Below, one piece after another: positions 29,413 through 38,475 of a stretch of 64,000 nt of DNA. Under the pieces are notes generated by a model that was given only the letters and a program-made list of their open reading frames with translations, was not told the origin of the DNA and did not search any database. The DNA comes from an uncultured Acidobacteriaceae bacterium (lineage in GTDB: Bacteria > Acidobacteriota > Terriglobia > Terriglobales > Acidobacteriaceae): contig CAWKAU010000023.1 of NCBI GenBank assembly GCA_963847685.1, positions 35,115 to 99,114 on the forward strand. The letters run 5' to 3'. The position numbers and the translations under genes were made by a program. Position 1 is the first letter of the stretch, and each line of letters starts with the position of its first letter.

Positions 29413-30887
29413 GCCACGAGAACACATGGCAGCGGTTGCGGCCGGATTCACTCCTGTTCTTTGCAGCGCTGACCGCACTCGCGCTGGTGGCCGGCTGCTC
29501 CTTCGCGCTTAGCGGGATCGCCGGTATCTACGTAGCTACCGCGCTGGCCTTGCTGGCCTTGTTTACCACCGTCGCCGCAAAATATCCCGCGCCGGCATTA
29601 GCGGTAGCCATCTGCTTCCTTGGTCTCTTTCCGTTTCCGTGGGGCATCCAGACGGGCGTCCTCCCCAAAATATTTGGCGATGAAAGCGTACTTCTGCTGT
29701 ATCTGATGGCGTTCCCGCTGCTCTATCTCATGACGGGGCGGGAGTGGCAGAAGGGGTTCAGCACCCTGTACCTCGTGCTTGTCGCATTTGTCTGCACCCA
29801 GGCACTATCGTTCACGGCAGGGCAAGACCTCATTGCCGTACGAAACTTTTTGGAAACCTACGCGCTGGGTGCGCTGCTTCTGGTGCTGGTGCTGCAGGAG
29901 GCCGCCAACAGCAACGCAGAGACGATCGCTAACTCGGTTGTCTGGTTAACGGTCGCAATTGCTGCTTTGAGCATCGTAGAGCGCGTCGTCCAACGTAATC
30001 CCGTGATGGAACAAGCCACCGACATGATCTATCTCTCGCCGGAGCTGGCACGGATCACCGAGGGTGTCTATCGTCCTTACGTCACTTTCTTCCACCCCTC
30101 GGAGGCGGGCACCTTCATGGCGCTGGGAGTTCCGTTTGCGGTTCGTCGATGGATGCAGCGGAGAAGCTGGCTCTCGCTTTTTGGGCTGGCTACGATCGCG
30201 GGTGGGCTCTTTGTGAATGCGACACGCGGCGTGTGGTTTGGCGTTGCCATCGCCACCTTGCTGCTGGTACGGAACGCATGGCTGGTATTGGCCGCGATTA
30301 CACCCATAGCGGCGGTTGGGGGCACGATTGCTTATCTCGCCTTCCAGGCCACACCCTTCATGCAAAGGCTGACTGACCCCAACAACCTGTACAGCCGGTT
30401 TGTCTATTGGTCGCTTTCGTTGAAGATTTTCGCTGCCCACCCCATCCTGGGAGTCGGCCATATGCAATTCAAGTCGGTTTACCTCGATTACGTGCGGGAC
30501 CTGAGCAATGTAGCCCACTTCGATATTGCCAAGGTATCCGTGGCCGACAACATGTACCTGACCACAACCGTGGAACACGGCGCGTTGGGCCTGGCAACGT
30601 TGATCGGTCTGGTTCTCGCGGCCGCACTGCTGCTCAAGAGTTTCAGAACCAGGCTACTGGCGTTGGGCCGGGTGCAAGAAGCAAGCCTCGCCCAGTGCGC
30701 TCTTCAGGCTCTTGTCATTTACTCGGCGACCGGCTGCTTCGCTGACCTGGACCTCTTTACCAAAGCGACGAAATACATCTTCATCCTGGTTGGACTCGGA
30801 CTTGGCGCCGGTGCTCGCTATGTCGTCACAGGAAATGACGCCAGGCGGGCAATGCACTCTGGGCTATTGAGAGAAACGCCGTCGTAG
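29409..30887 (+). CDS. O-antigen ligase/Wzy-type polymerase family membrane protein
   Basis: A polytopic membrane protein with a Wzy_C-like loop region (NATRGVWFGVAIATLLL...HPILGVGHMQFK...AHFDIAKVSVADNMYLTTTVEHGALG). An ATGA overlap joins it to the flippase gene. Confidence 0.75.
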   Translation: MSHENTWQRLRPDSLLFFAALTALALVAGCSFALSGIAGIYVATALALLALFTTVAAKYPAPALAVAICFLGLFPFPWGIQTGVLPKIFGDESVLLLYLMAFPLLYLMTGREWQKGFSTLYLVLVAFVCTQALSFTAGQDLIAVRNFLETYALGALLLVLVLQEAANSNAETIANSVVWLTVAIAALSIVERVVQRNPVMEQATDMIYLSPELARITEGVYRPYVTFFHPSEAGTFMALGVPFAVRRWMQRRSWLSLFGLATIAGGLFVNATRGVWFGVAIATLLLVRNAWLVLAAITPIAAVGGTIAYLAFQATPFMQRLTDPNNLYSRFVYWSLSLKIFAAHPILGVGHMQFKSVYLDYVRDLSNVAHFDIAKVSVADNMYLTTTVEHGALGLATLIGLVLAAALLLKSFRTRLLALGRVQEASLAQCALQALVIYSATGCFADLDLFTKATKYIFILVGLGLGAGARYVVTGNDARRAMHSGLLRETPS

Positions 30888-30969
30888 TTGTTGCTGTCGT
30901 GCGATTCCATCCCCCGAAAACTGATCAAGGTTCTCGCACGAGCACCTTCACCTCTTTTTGGGAGGAAAT

Positions 30970-31854
30970 ATGGAAGTCTCCATCATCTACGTCAACTGGA
31001 ACTGCGAAGAAGAGATTCTCGCTTCGATCGCTTCCGTACGTGAGCAGAGCCGGACGATTGAGTACGAAATAATCGTAGTCGATAACGCCTCTCCGCAAGG
31101 ATCCAGCAGATTGAGGCTGGACCCGGACGTCGGGATCATTCGAAGCAATGCGAATGGGGGATTCGGCGCAGGTTGCAACCTGGGGGCGCGTCACGCCGCG
31201 GGACGGTACCTCCTGTTTTTAAATCCGGACACCCGGTTTCTCAATGATGTACTGGCCGAGTTAGTACAGTTTCTCGAAAAGCACCCGCGCGCTGCCATCG
31301 CCGGCCCCCTGGTGGAAGACGGAGCCGGCAAGCTCTCGTTCGACGCGGGCCGGTCTCTGCCGACTCTATCGAACGAGTTCCTCCAGCACAGCACACTGGC
31401 ATTCAAGTTCCCTAAAGGTCCCTGGACGTCGCAGCCCTATCTCTCCTCTTGGGACCACAAGTCCACACGGGAGGTGGAGACGGTCCTGGGGGCCTGCATG
31501 CTGGTGCGGTCCGATGCGTTTCGCCGCATTGGCGGCTTCGATGAAGCCTTCTTTCTCTACAGCGAGGAGTTGGATCTATGCCATCGCTTCCGGCGGAATG
31601 GATCTCAGATCTGGTATGTGCATACCGCCCGGTTGCTGCACAAGGAACGGCAAAGCACCATTCAGCTCTTCGGGTCCGTGGGCCGCATCGTTCTGCAGAA
31701 CATGTACAGCCAGCACTACTACTTCAGGAAGCACTATGGACCCCGCATCGCCTTCCTGTGGCGGCACATGATCGCCGCACTCTATCTACTGCGCTATCTC
31801 CTAAGTAAGGACAGGCTCCACTATGAATACTTCCGTTGGGCTATCAAGGCATAA
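30970..31854 (+). CDS. family 2 glycosyltransferase
   Basis: VSIIYVNWNCEEEILASIASV...IIVVDNAS...GFGAGCNLGARHAAGRYLLFLNPDT...YSEELDLCHR. An RBS ggagg lies 5 nt upstream of the ATG at 30970. Confidence 0.85.
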   Translation: MEVSIIYVNWNCEEEILASIASVREQSRTIEYEIIVVDNASPQGSSRLRLDPDVGIIRSNANGGFGAGCNLGARHAAGRYLLFLNPDTRFLNDVLAELVQFLEKHPRAAIAGPLVEDGAGKLSFDAGRSLPTLSNEFLQHSTLAFKFPKGPWTSQPYLSSWDHKSTREVETVLGACMLVRSDAFRRIGGFDEAFFLYSEELDLCHRFRRNGSQIWYVHTARLLHKERQSTIQLFGSVGRIVLQNMYSQHYYFRKHYGPRIAFLWRHMIAALYLLRYLLSKDRLHYEYFRWAIKA

Positions 31855-31861
31855 CAAGTCT

Positions 31862-32794
31862 ATGTTCACTCTGGTAATTCCTACCCATAACCGTGCAGCG
31901 ATGCTGAGAAGGACGCTCGCCCATCTGCTTAAGCTGGACGAAATCTCAGAGTGCGAAATCATCGTGGTGAATGATGGCTCAACCGATGAAACCGGAGCTC
32001 TGTTGGAGCAGTACCGGCAAATGGCCCCTGCGATCATGCGCGTGATCACGCTCGAGAACGGCGGCCCGGGACGCGCGAGGAACTTTGGAGTGAGGGCCGC
32101 ACAGAACGAACGCATTCTCTTCGTAGACGACGATGTATTTCCCCGTCACGGAATGCTGCAGAGCCACTGGCAGTTGCTCGATGCAGGCTACACGGGTTCC
32201 CAGGGCCTGTTGTTATGGCACCACGAGATATCCATGACACCCCTGATCCGCTACATCGACAGCCGCGGATCCCAGTTCGCTTTTGACAAGGTCAGGAGCG
32301 CCGATAGCCTGGACTTCGCGCATGTATACACGGGCAATTTTGCTGTGCTGCGGAGCGCTGTGCTGAACGCGGGAGGATTTGACGAAAGCTTCTTCAACAA
32401 GGAACTCAAGTTCAGCGCGTTTGAAGACACGATCCTGGGATTTTCCCTGCAGCAGAACGGCGCCAGGATGGCTCTCAACCGAGAGGCGGTTGCCGACCAT
32501 CTGCACGATATGGAGGAAGACGCCTACTTCAGCCGGGAATACAAGGTGGGGTATTGCATTGGACGGCTGCAGAAGAAACATCCGGCGATCGCGCGGCTGC
32601 TAGGGCTCGAGCGAAAGGATTTTCTGGTAGAACCGCAAGTTCATCTGCTCTCCATGATGAATTCGCAGCCGTTCCTCAAATACATTGCCGGGCACCCGTT
32701 GCGGATGCGTTTGCGTCACCGTGAAGCATTCTGCCGCGGGTTTCTACATTTCAAACGAGAGACCGCCGCGACAAGGAAGCGGACAATTCAATGA
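31862..32794 (+). CDS. family 2 glycosyltransferase
   Basis: FTLVIPTHNRAAMLRRTLAHL...IIVVNDGSTDETG...GPGRARNFGVRAAQNERILFVDDD. Confidence 0.85.
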   Translation: MFTLVIPTHNRAAMLRRTLAHLLKLDEISECEIIVVNDGSTDETGALLEQYRQMAPAIMRVITLENGGPGRARNFGVRAAQNERILFVDDDVFPRHGMLQSHWQLLDAGYTGSQGLLLWHHEISMTPLIRYIDSRGSQFAFDKVRSADSLDFAHVYTGNFAVLRSAVLNAGGFDESFFNKELKFSAFEDTILGFSLQQNGARMALNREAVADHLHDMEEDAYFSREYKVGYCIGRLQKKHPAIARLLGLERKDFLVEPQVHLLSMMNSQPFLKYIAGHPLRMRLRHREAFCRGFLHFKRETAATRKRTIQ

Positions 32795-33723
32795 GCCTTC
32801 CTACTATTTCGTTCGTCATCGTCACCTACAACAGCGCCGACACGATCGAGCTTTGTCTGGCGTCGATCGTGAGGCACACGGCGCAGCCCTATGAGGTCGC
32901 GGTGTTAGACAATTCGCCGTCCGACCAAACGATGGTGGCCGTTCACCGGTTCGCGGCGGCGCACCCAGAGGTGCATCTCCATCTGATTTGGCCCGGTGAG
33001 AACGTGGGCTTTGGCCGGGGCTGCAACCTGGGCGCACGGCAAAGTTCAGGAGAGTACCTCTTCTTCCTGAATCCCGACACGCAGTTGATGAATGATGCGG
33101 CCGCGTCGCTGGTCCGGTGTCTCACCGAGCGCCCCGGCGCACTCGCGGCGGGCCCCGCAATATTCGACAGCAAAGGAACCGTTACCAGGACCTGCAGAAA
33201 GCTACCCCACCTGGGACACGTGGTGCTGGATGCCACGGGACTGGATCGATGGTTCGGTGCTTACAAATTAACCCGCTTCGCGCACGACCTGGCAAAACAG
33301 GTTGACCAGGTGATCGGCGCAGCCATGGTGATGCGGCGGCGGGACTATGAGCGGCTTGGCGGGATGGACGAACAATTCTTTATCTACTTTGAAGAAGTGG
33401 ATCTGTGCAAGCGCCTCAAAGAAGCGGGCGGCGAGATCTGGTTTTGGCCCGACGCTCACGTGCAACATCTTGCTGGGCACTCGTGCGAAACAGACTCAGT
33501 GCGCGCACGCATGATCTTCGTGTTGCGAGAGAGCCGGAAAAAATACTTCACAAAACACTACGGCGTTCTTGGCGGCTTAGCGCTGGAGGCTGTCAACCGG
33601 ATAGAAGCAGTTCAGAAATCGACGGTTTTGCTGGCGCTGTGGATGGTGCGGCGCAAGCGCGCGTATCGAGAGAAGGCCCAGGGGTTCTGGGCCGTTGCCA
33701 CCGGCGTGGCCCCACGAGTTTGA
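32791..33723 (+). CDS. family 2 glycosyltransferase
   Basis: ISFVIVTYNSADTIELCLASI...VAVLDNSPSD...GFGRGCNLGARQSSGEYLFFLNPDT...FEEVDLCKR. An ATGA overlap joins it to the previous gene. Confidence 0.85.
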   Translation: MSLPTISFVIVTYNSADTIELCLASIVRHTAQPYEVAVLDNSPSDQTMVAVHRFAAAHPEVHLHLIWPGENVGFGRGCNLGARQSSGEYLFFLNPDTQLMNDAAASLVRCLTERPGALAAGPAIFDSKGTVTRTCRKLPHLGHVVLDATGLDRWFGAYKLTRFAHDLAKQVDQVIGAAMVMRRRDYERLGGMDEQFFIYFEEVDLCKRLKEAGGEIWFWPDAHVQHLAGHSCETDSVRARMIFVLRESRKKYFTKHYGVLGGLALEAVNRIEAVQKSTVLLALWMVRRKRAYREKAQGFWAVATGVAPRV

Positions 33724-33734
33724 GGAGCACAACC

Positions 33735-34826
33735 ATGTTTCGCGTTCTGGCCTTTACGGTAAAACCTCGAGAGTCGGCGGATACCCGATACCGCATCCTG
33801 CAGTATTGCGCGGTTGCGGAGCGGGACGGCATCCGCATTGACCACCGTAGCCTGATGGGGTCCCGGTACTTCCAATGGCAGATGGAAAATGTGCAGCTGC
33901 TACCGCGGTTGATGCTCTATCCCGTTTTGCTGTTTATACGGCTGTGGCAGGTACTGTTCCTGGCGCCGCGATACGACGCAGTCTGGATATGCAGAGAGAT
34001 GGCCCCGCTGGGTCCACCGTTGCTGGAAAAGCTGCTGGTCTGGCGAAACAAGCGGGTGATTCTCGATGTGGACGATGCACTGCACATCGCGGATAAGGAA
34101 AGCTCGCGCCTGCTTCCGAGGCTCCTGCGCGATCGGGGCAAATTCGGCCGGATGGCCGCGCGCTACACGACCGTGGTATGCGGCAACGCTTACCTGGCAG
34201 AGTTTTACGGCCAACACTCCGCTATGGTCGAGATCATCCCTACTGTGGTAGATGCGGGCCGCCACATGCAGGTGACTCCCGTCCGTGCTGAGACGATTCG
34301 CATCGGCTGGATTGGGACGCCGCTCAACAAGCATCACCTCGAATCTCTCTACCCCGCTTTCTCCGCGCTGGCGCAAGAACGGCGGTTTGAACTTGTGGTC
34401 GTCGGCCTCAATGAATCTATGGACTGGGATCTTCCCGGAATCCGCTACATCAAGTGGAACCTGGCGGATGAGTTTGATTACTTTGCACATTTCGATATCG
34501 GCATCATGCCGCTCAAGGATTCACGCTTCGCCCGGGGCAAATGCGCATTCAAGCTGGTGCAGTATATGGCTGCCGGTCTGCCGGTCGTTGCTTCTCCCGT
34601 GGGCGCGAACTGCGATGTAGTTGCCGAGGGGTGGAATGGCTACCTGGCAGATACCCAATACGACTGGCATGCCAGATTGCGGACGCTCATCGACGACCCG
34701 GAGCTACGGCGGCGGATGGGCAGGCACGGCCGCACGCTGGTGCGCGAATTCTACTCGGTCGATGCGGGATGGGCACGCTATGCGGCAGTATTGACCGGCT
34801 CGCTTCGCGAGGTCACCGTATGTTGA
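33735..34826 (+). CDS. GT4-type (Glycos_transf_1) glycosyltransferase
   Basis: The C-terminal motif region reads FDIGIMPLKDSRFARGKCAFKLVQYMAAGLPVVASPVGANCDVVAEGWNGYLA. An RBS gaggag precedes the ATG at 33735. The ORF-track start at 33405 lies inside the previous gene. Confidence 0.8.
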   Translation: MFRVLAFTVKPRESADTRYRILQYCAVAERDGIRIDHRSLMGSRYFQWQMENVQLLPRLMLYPVLLFIRLWQVLFLAPRYDAVWICREMAPLGPPLLEKLLVWRNKRVILDVDDALHIADKESSRLLPRLLRDRGKFGRMAARYTTVVCGNAYLAEFYGQHSAMVEIIPTVVDAGRHMQVTPVRAETIRIGWIGTPLNKHHLESLYPAFSALAQERRFELVVVGLNESMDWDLPGIRYIKWNLADEFDYFAHFDIGIMPLKDSRFARGKCAFKLVQYMAAGLPVVASPVGANCDVVAEGWNGYLADTQYDWHARLRTLIDDPELRRRMGRHGRTLVREFYSVDAGWARYAAVLTGSLREVTVC

Positions 34827-36151
34827 GCCGGATTCTGCTTATCTTGCTTCTTACCCCGATGCTGCGTGCGGACGTGCAGACCACTGCGCTGCGTCCGATG
34901 CAGCTTGGGGTGGATGCGGATAACTGGAGCGGCCAAACGCAAAGTGCCGCGTTCGAAGCAAGCATGAGGTCAATGAAGATCGACTTCATCTCCTGGCACA
35001 TTCTGCCCGAAGAGGAAGCGAGCCCGGAACGTCTGCAGGCCATTGTCAAGTTCTGCCGTAAGAATCACTGGCATTACCTGTTCAACACGGAGGTGGCGAA
35101 TTACCGGCGAGGAGACGCCCGGTTCAAACATGCGGATGGTACTTACCGGTACGACCTGGCACAACAGACATTGGCTGCGTTGAGGGATGATCCATTGTTT
35201 CTTGGCGTCGTCTACGACGAAACCGATCTAATGCAGGCTTTCCTCGACATGCCCGACCAAACAGGCAAGACGATCGAGCCCACCCTGGCAGACACCCGGA
35301 ACCTTTCCGCTGCCCAGGCATACATGGCGGTCGCGGACAAAGTAAATGAGTTAAAGCGCCAGTACGATGCTTACGGCAAGCGCCTGATCTTCGAGATGAC
35401 CTTCCCGGATTCCCCGTTTGCTTTTGCGCGCGGCGGAGCGCTGCTTGCGCCGAAACTGCTGAAAGAGAATTTCAACGATCTTATGTACGCGGTTTACCGC
35501 GGCGCGTCGATGGAGTACCACTCCAAAGAGCTCTGGGCCTGTGTCGACCTATGGTTCCTGGATAAATTTCCCTTTGCCGGAAAGTATGACCGCGGCTATC
35601 ACACCCCTTCAGAACTGCTGGACACACTGCAGTTCGCCTATGCATCGGGGTTCGATTACGTATACATCGAGCAGGTCAAGGCATTGATGGACGAGAGCTA
35701 CGCGCTCACGGAATACGGAAAGAAGGTCATCGAGTTCCAACGTTGGCGGGCGACCCAAAGCCGGGGAAATTGGCGGTCCGCACCGGTCGCCTACTACGTC
35801 AAGAGATTTCCTGATGGTTATTGGGGCCAGAGTTACTCGACATTTATCCCCGATCACCCTTACGGATCGTGGGTCGCGAACCCTTACCACCGGCTTGACG
35901 AATGCTGGTTCGAGAAACTTCAGGAGCTGTCCCACGGTACGATCCCGCGTGAAGGGGACACCTGGAACGCGACTCTGAGTCCTTACTTCAAGGGACATTC
36001 CTATCGAACGATGGCCGGCATCCCGCCGATGGTGGTCTTCGATCAATTCGGCGTGCCGCCGGAGCACACGAAGGCGACGGTTATCGACTTAACTTCTGAC
36101 ACCAAGAGCGGCCGCTCTGAGGCCATGTCTCTGAGCACCTTACCACGATGA
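34820..36151 (+). CDS. secreted protein of unknown function inside the EPS locus
   Basis: Signal peptide MLSRILLILLLTPMLRADV. The 443-aa protein has coding-like composition and overlaps both neighbouring genes (ATGTTGA and ATGA junctions). I recognise no family motif. Confidence 0.7.
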   Translation: MLSRILLILLLTPMLRADVQTTALRPMQLGVDADNWSGQTQSAAFEASMRSMKIDFISWHILPEEEASPERLQAIVKFCRKNHWHYLFNTEVANYRRGDARFKHADGTYRYDLAQQTLAALRDDPLFLGVVYDETDLMQAFLDMPDQTGKTIEPTLADTRNLSAAQAYMAVADKVNELKRQYDAYGKRLIFEMTFPDSPFAFARGGALLAPKLLKENFNDLMYAVYRGASMEYHSKELWACVDLWFLDKFPFAGKYDRGYHTPSELLDTLQFAYASGFDYVYIEQVKALMDESYALTEYGKKVIEFQRWRATQSRGNWRSAPVAYYVKRFPDGYWGQSYSTFIPDHPYGSWVANPYHRLDECWFEKLQELSHGTIPREGDTWNATLSPYFKGHSYRTMAGIPPMVVFDQFGVPPEHTKATVIDLTSDTKSGRSEAMSLSTLPR

Positions 36152-37266
36152 AGATCATTCAGCTCATCACCGGCAGCGCATCTTTCGGGGGCGCGGAGGC
36201 CCACGTACGGGACCTCGCGATTGGATTGCGCGCGCGTGGCCACGATTGTATTGTCATGGGTCCGGGTGAGGGCCTGCTGGCTGATCAATTGCGGGCAAAC
36301 GGGGTGCCGCTGGTAAGGATCCCGGCTTTGAAGAAGCCCATTCATCCCTTCTGGGACTTGATCAGCGTGTTTCAGGTGATGATCGCAGTGCGGCAACTTC
36401 GCCCGGACATCATCGCGACGCACACTTCCAAAGCCGGGCTGATTGGCCGGGTGGCCGCGCGGCTGATGGGAATACCGAGTTCGTTCACTCCGCACGGCTT
36501 GTCTTTCGTAAATCGCCAGAACAGCAAGCTCATCCGCTTCCGTCTCATCCTGGAACGGTGCGCTCTCAGCCTCGACAGCAGGATGATTACTGTCTGTGAG
36601 GCGGAACGCAAGCTGGCGATCGATCACCTGAAGATCAAAGAGAGCGACATCGCGACCATCCACAACTGCCTGCCGGACCTTCCACTCTCGCGTGAGCACA
36701 AACAGGATCGGGTGGTCATCACCATGATCGCCAGGTTCGACGTGCAGAAGGACCACGCAACCCTGTTCCGCGCACTCGCCGGCCTGCTTCATCTCGAATG
36801 GGAGCTCTGCCTTGGGGGCTCCGGGCCGCTGCTGTCTTCGGCCATGAGGATGGCAGCGGCATACGGTCTTTCCCCACGTATCTCGTTCCTGCACCAATGC
36901 TCGGACACACCGAAGCTGCTTGCCCAAAGCGACATCTTCGCGCTGATTACCAACTGGGAGGCTTTTCCCATCAGCATTCTCGAGGCTATGCGCGCGGGAC
37001 TTCCCGTGATTGCGACGGATACAGGCGGGGTGCGGGAAGCGGTGGAAGACGAGGTGAATGGCTTCCTCGTGCGCCCGCAGGATTCCGCCAAGCTGGCAGA
37101 GAGATTGGCGCTTCTCATTACTTCCGCCGGCTTGCGGCGGAGTATGGGATCGCGTTCTCGCCATCGCTTCAGCCAACACTTCGAATGGCGGTCGATGTTA
37201 GACAAAACCGAAGCTCTCTATGCAAACGCAGTCAACTACGTAACCCCGGTGGAGGCCCTGCAATGA
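36148..37266 (+). CDS. GT4-type glycosyltransferase
   Basis: MKIIQLITGSASFGGAEAHVRDLAIGL...ISILEAMRAGLPVIATDTGGVREAVEDEVNGFLV shows the EX7E-type region. Confidence 0.85.
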   Translation: MKIIQLITGSASFGGAEAHVRDLAIGLRARGHDCIVMGPGEGLLADQLRANGVPLVRIPALKKPIHPFWDLISVFQVMIAVRQLRPDIIATHTSKAGLIGRVAARLMGIPSSFTPHGLSFVNRQNSKLIRFRLILERCALSLDSRMITVCEAERKLAIDHLKIKESDIATIHNCLPDLPLSREHKQDRVVITMIARFDVQKDHATLFRALAGLLHLEWELCLGGSGPLLSSAMRMAAAYGLSPRISFLHQCSDTPKLLAQSDIFALITNWEAFPISILEAMRAGLPVIATDTGGVREAVEDEVNGFLVRPQDSAKLAERLALLITSAGLRRSMGSRSRHRFSQHFEWRSMLDKTEALYANAVNYVTPVEALQ

Positions 37267-37439
37267 ACTACGATCTGGAGTTTCTGGAAGCTACTGGCAT
37301 TGTTTGCGAACCGGAGCCGGTCGATGCGGATCGTCGGGCGCGTGCCATTTTCTGGCGCATTGTGCTGCCTTTGCTGGTTGTGTTCGATATTCTGCTTCTC
37401 ATTCTCATGTGCAAGCTGGTGAGCTTCCTGCTCCGATAG
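37263..37439 (+). CDS. 58-aa small membrane protein, translationally coupled to the last glycosyltransferase
   Basis: Its ATG overlaps the stop of the preceding gene (ATGA at 37263-37266). The C-terminal hydrophobic helix is FWRIVLPLLVVFDILLLILMCKLVSFLL. Confidence 0.4.
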   Translation: MNYDLEFLEATGIVCEPEPVDADRRARAIFWRIVLPLLVVFDILLLILMCKLVSFLLR

Positions 37440-37695
37440 CGACGGTGGGGATGTGGCGAATAGAAGGCGTAACTCGCTTGTCCCGCAGAAATGCGTAGCC
37501 CATTCAAGTCTTCTTTTGGGGTTGTTGTGGACGCCATCCCGAGGCCAGTTGACCGTTTCGGATCATTGAGCGTTCCATGCACTGTTCTTGCACAATCCGT
37601 ATGGACTATAGTGTCTCCGTGCCGAATTGGGTGACTTCTATCCGTCCAGAACTACGCAGTTCGAAGACGCGGCTACCAGGGGTCAGGAGGGTTAG

Positions 37696-38148
37696 ATGAG
37701 GATCTCCGACACGATTGGACTCGTGCTGAAGAACAAATATCACAACAGGGTTTTGTCGATAGCGCCCGAACAGACGGTGTACGAGGCGCTGGAGATGATG
37801 GCCGAGCACGATGTCGGCGCTTTGCTGGTGATTTCGAAGCACCGGCTGGTGGGCATCCTATCGGAGCGTGACTACGCCCGCAAAGGAATTCTGATCGGCC
37901 AGTCTTCCAAAGAAACCCAGGTCCAGCAGATCATGACCAGCCCGGTCTTTTTCATCAGTCCCCAGCACACCGTGGATGAATGCATGAGCATTATGACCCA
38001 ACATCGTTTTCGCCACCTCCCGGTACTGATGGAGGAGACGGTGGTGGGCGTGATCTCGATCGGCGACCTGGTGAAATGGGTGATCTCGGGCCAGGCGCAG
38101 ACCATCCACGAACTGGAGGGCTACATCACGGGGGCGTATCCCGGATAG
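37696..38148 (+). CDS. CBS domain pair protein
   Basis: Two CBS motifs ([32 protein letters not shown] and [32 protein letters not shown]). An RBS aggaggg lies upstream. Confidence 0.85.
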   Translation: MRISDTIGLVLKNKYHNRVLSIAPEQTVYEALEMMAEHDVGALLVISKHRLVGILSERDYARKGILIGQSSKETQVQQIMTSPVFFISPQHTVDECMSIMTQHRFRHLPVLMEETVVGVISIGDLVKWVISGQAQTIHELEGYITGAYPG

Positions 38149-38168
38149 CTCCGCAGCGGCCATTCCAG

Positions 38169-38432
38169 CTAGATGACTTTACGCAGGGCGACATTCACGC
38201 TGTTGCGCGCCGTCCTGAGAGCACCCGCGACCGTCTCGCCTGCGGCCATAGTATGCGCGAGCGCCGATCTCTTGTGTGTCCCCGGGTGCTCCATGGCGAC
38301 GGCCTCGATCTCGCCACCGAACAGTGTGTGCTTCTCTTCCAGCCGATCGAGGGCCGCGTTCAACTCCGCAACCACTGCTTCGGCCTCATCGGCGATCACG
38401 ATCAGCTCGAGATTGATCTTTTTGTATTTCAT
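38169..38432 (-). CDS. hypothetical 87-aa protein
   Basis: GGAG lies about 9 nt upstream of the ATG. Its composition is more protein-like than the overlapping plus-strand ORF. No family recognised. Confidence 0.45.
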   Translation of the reverse strand: MKYKKINLELIVIADEAEAVVAELNAALDRLEEKHTLFGGEIEAVAMEHPGTHKRSALAHTMAAGETVAGALRTARNSVNVALRKVI

Positions 38433-38475
38433 CGAGGGTCTCCAGTCTCAATCATATGCCCTCTGCCGTCCGCCC

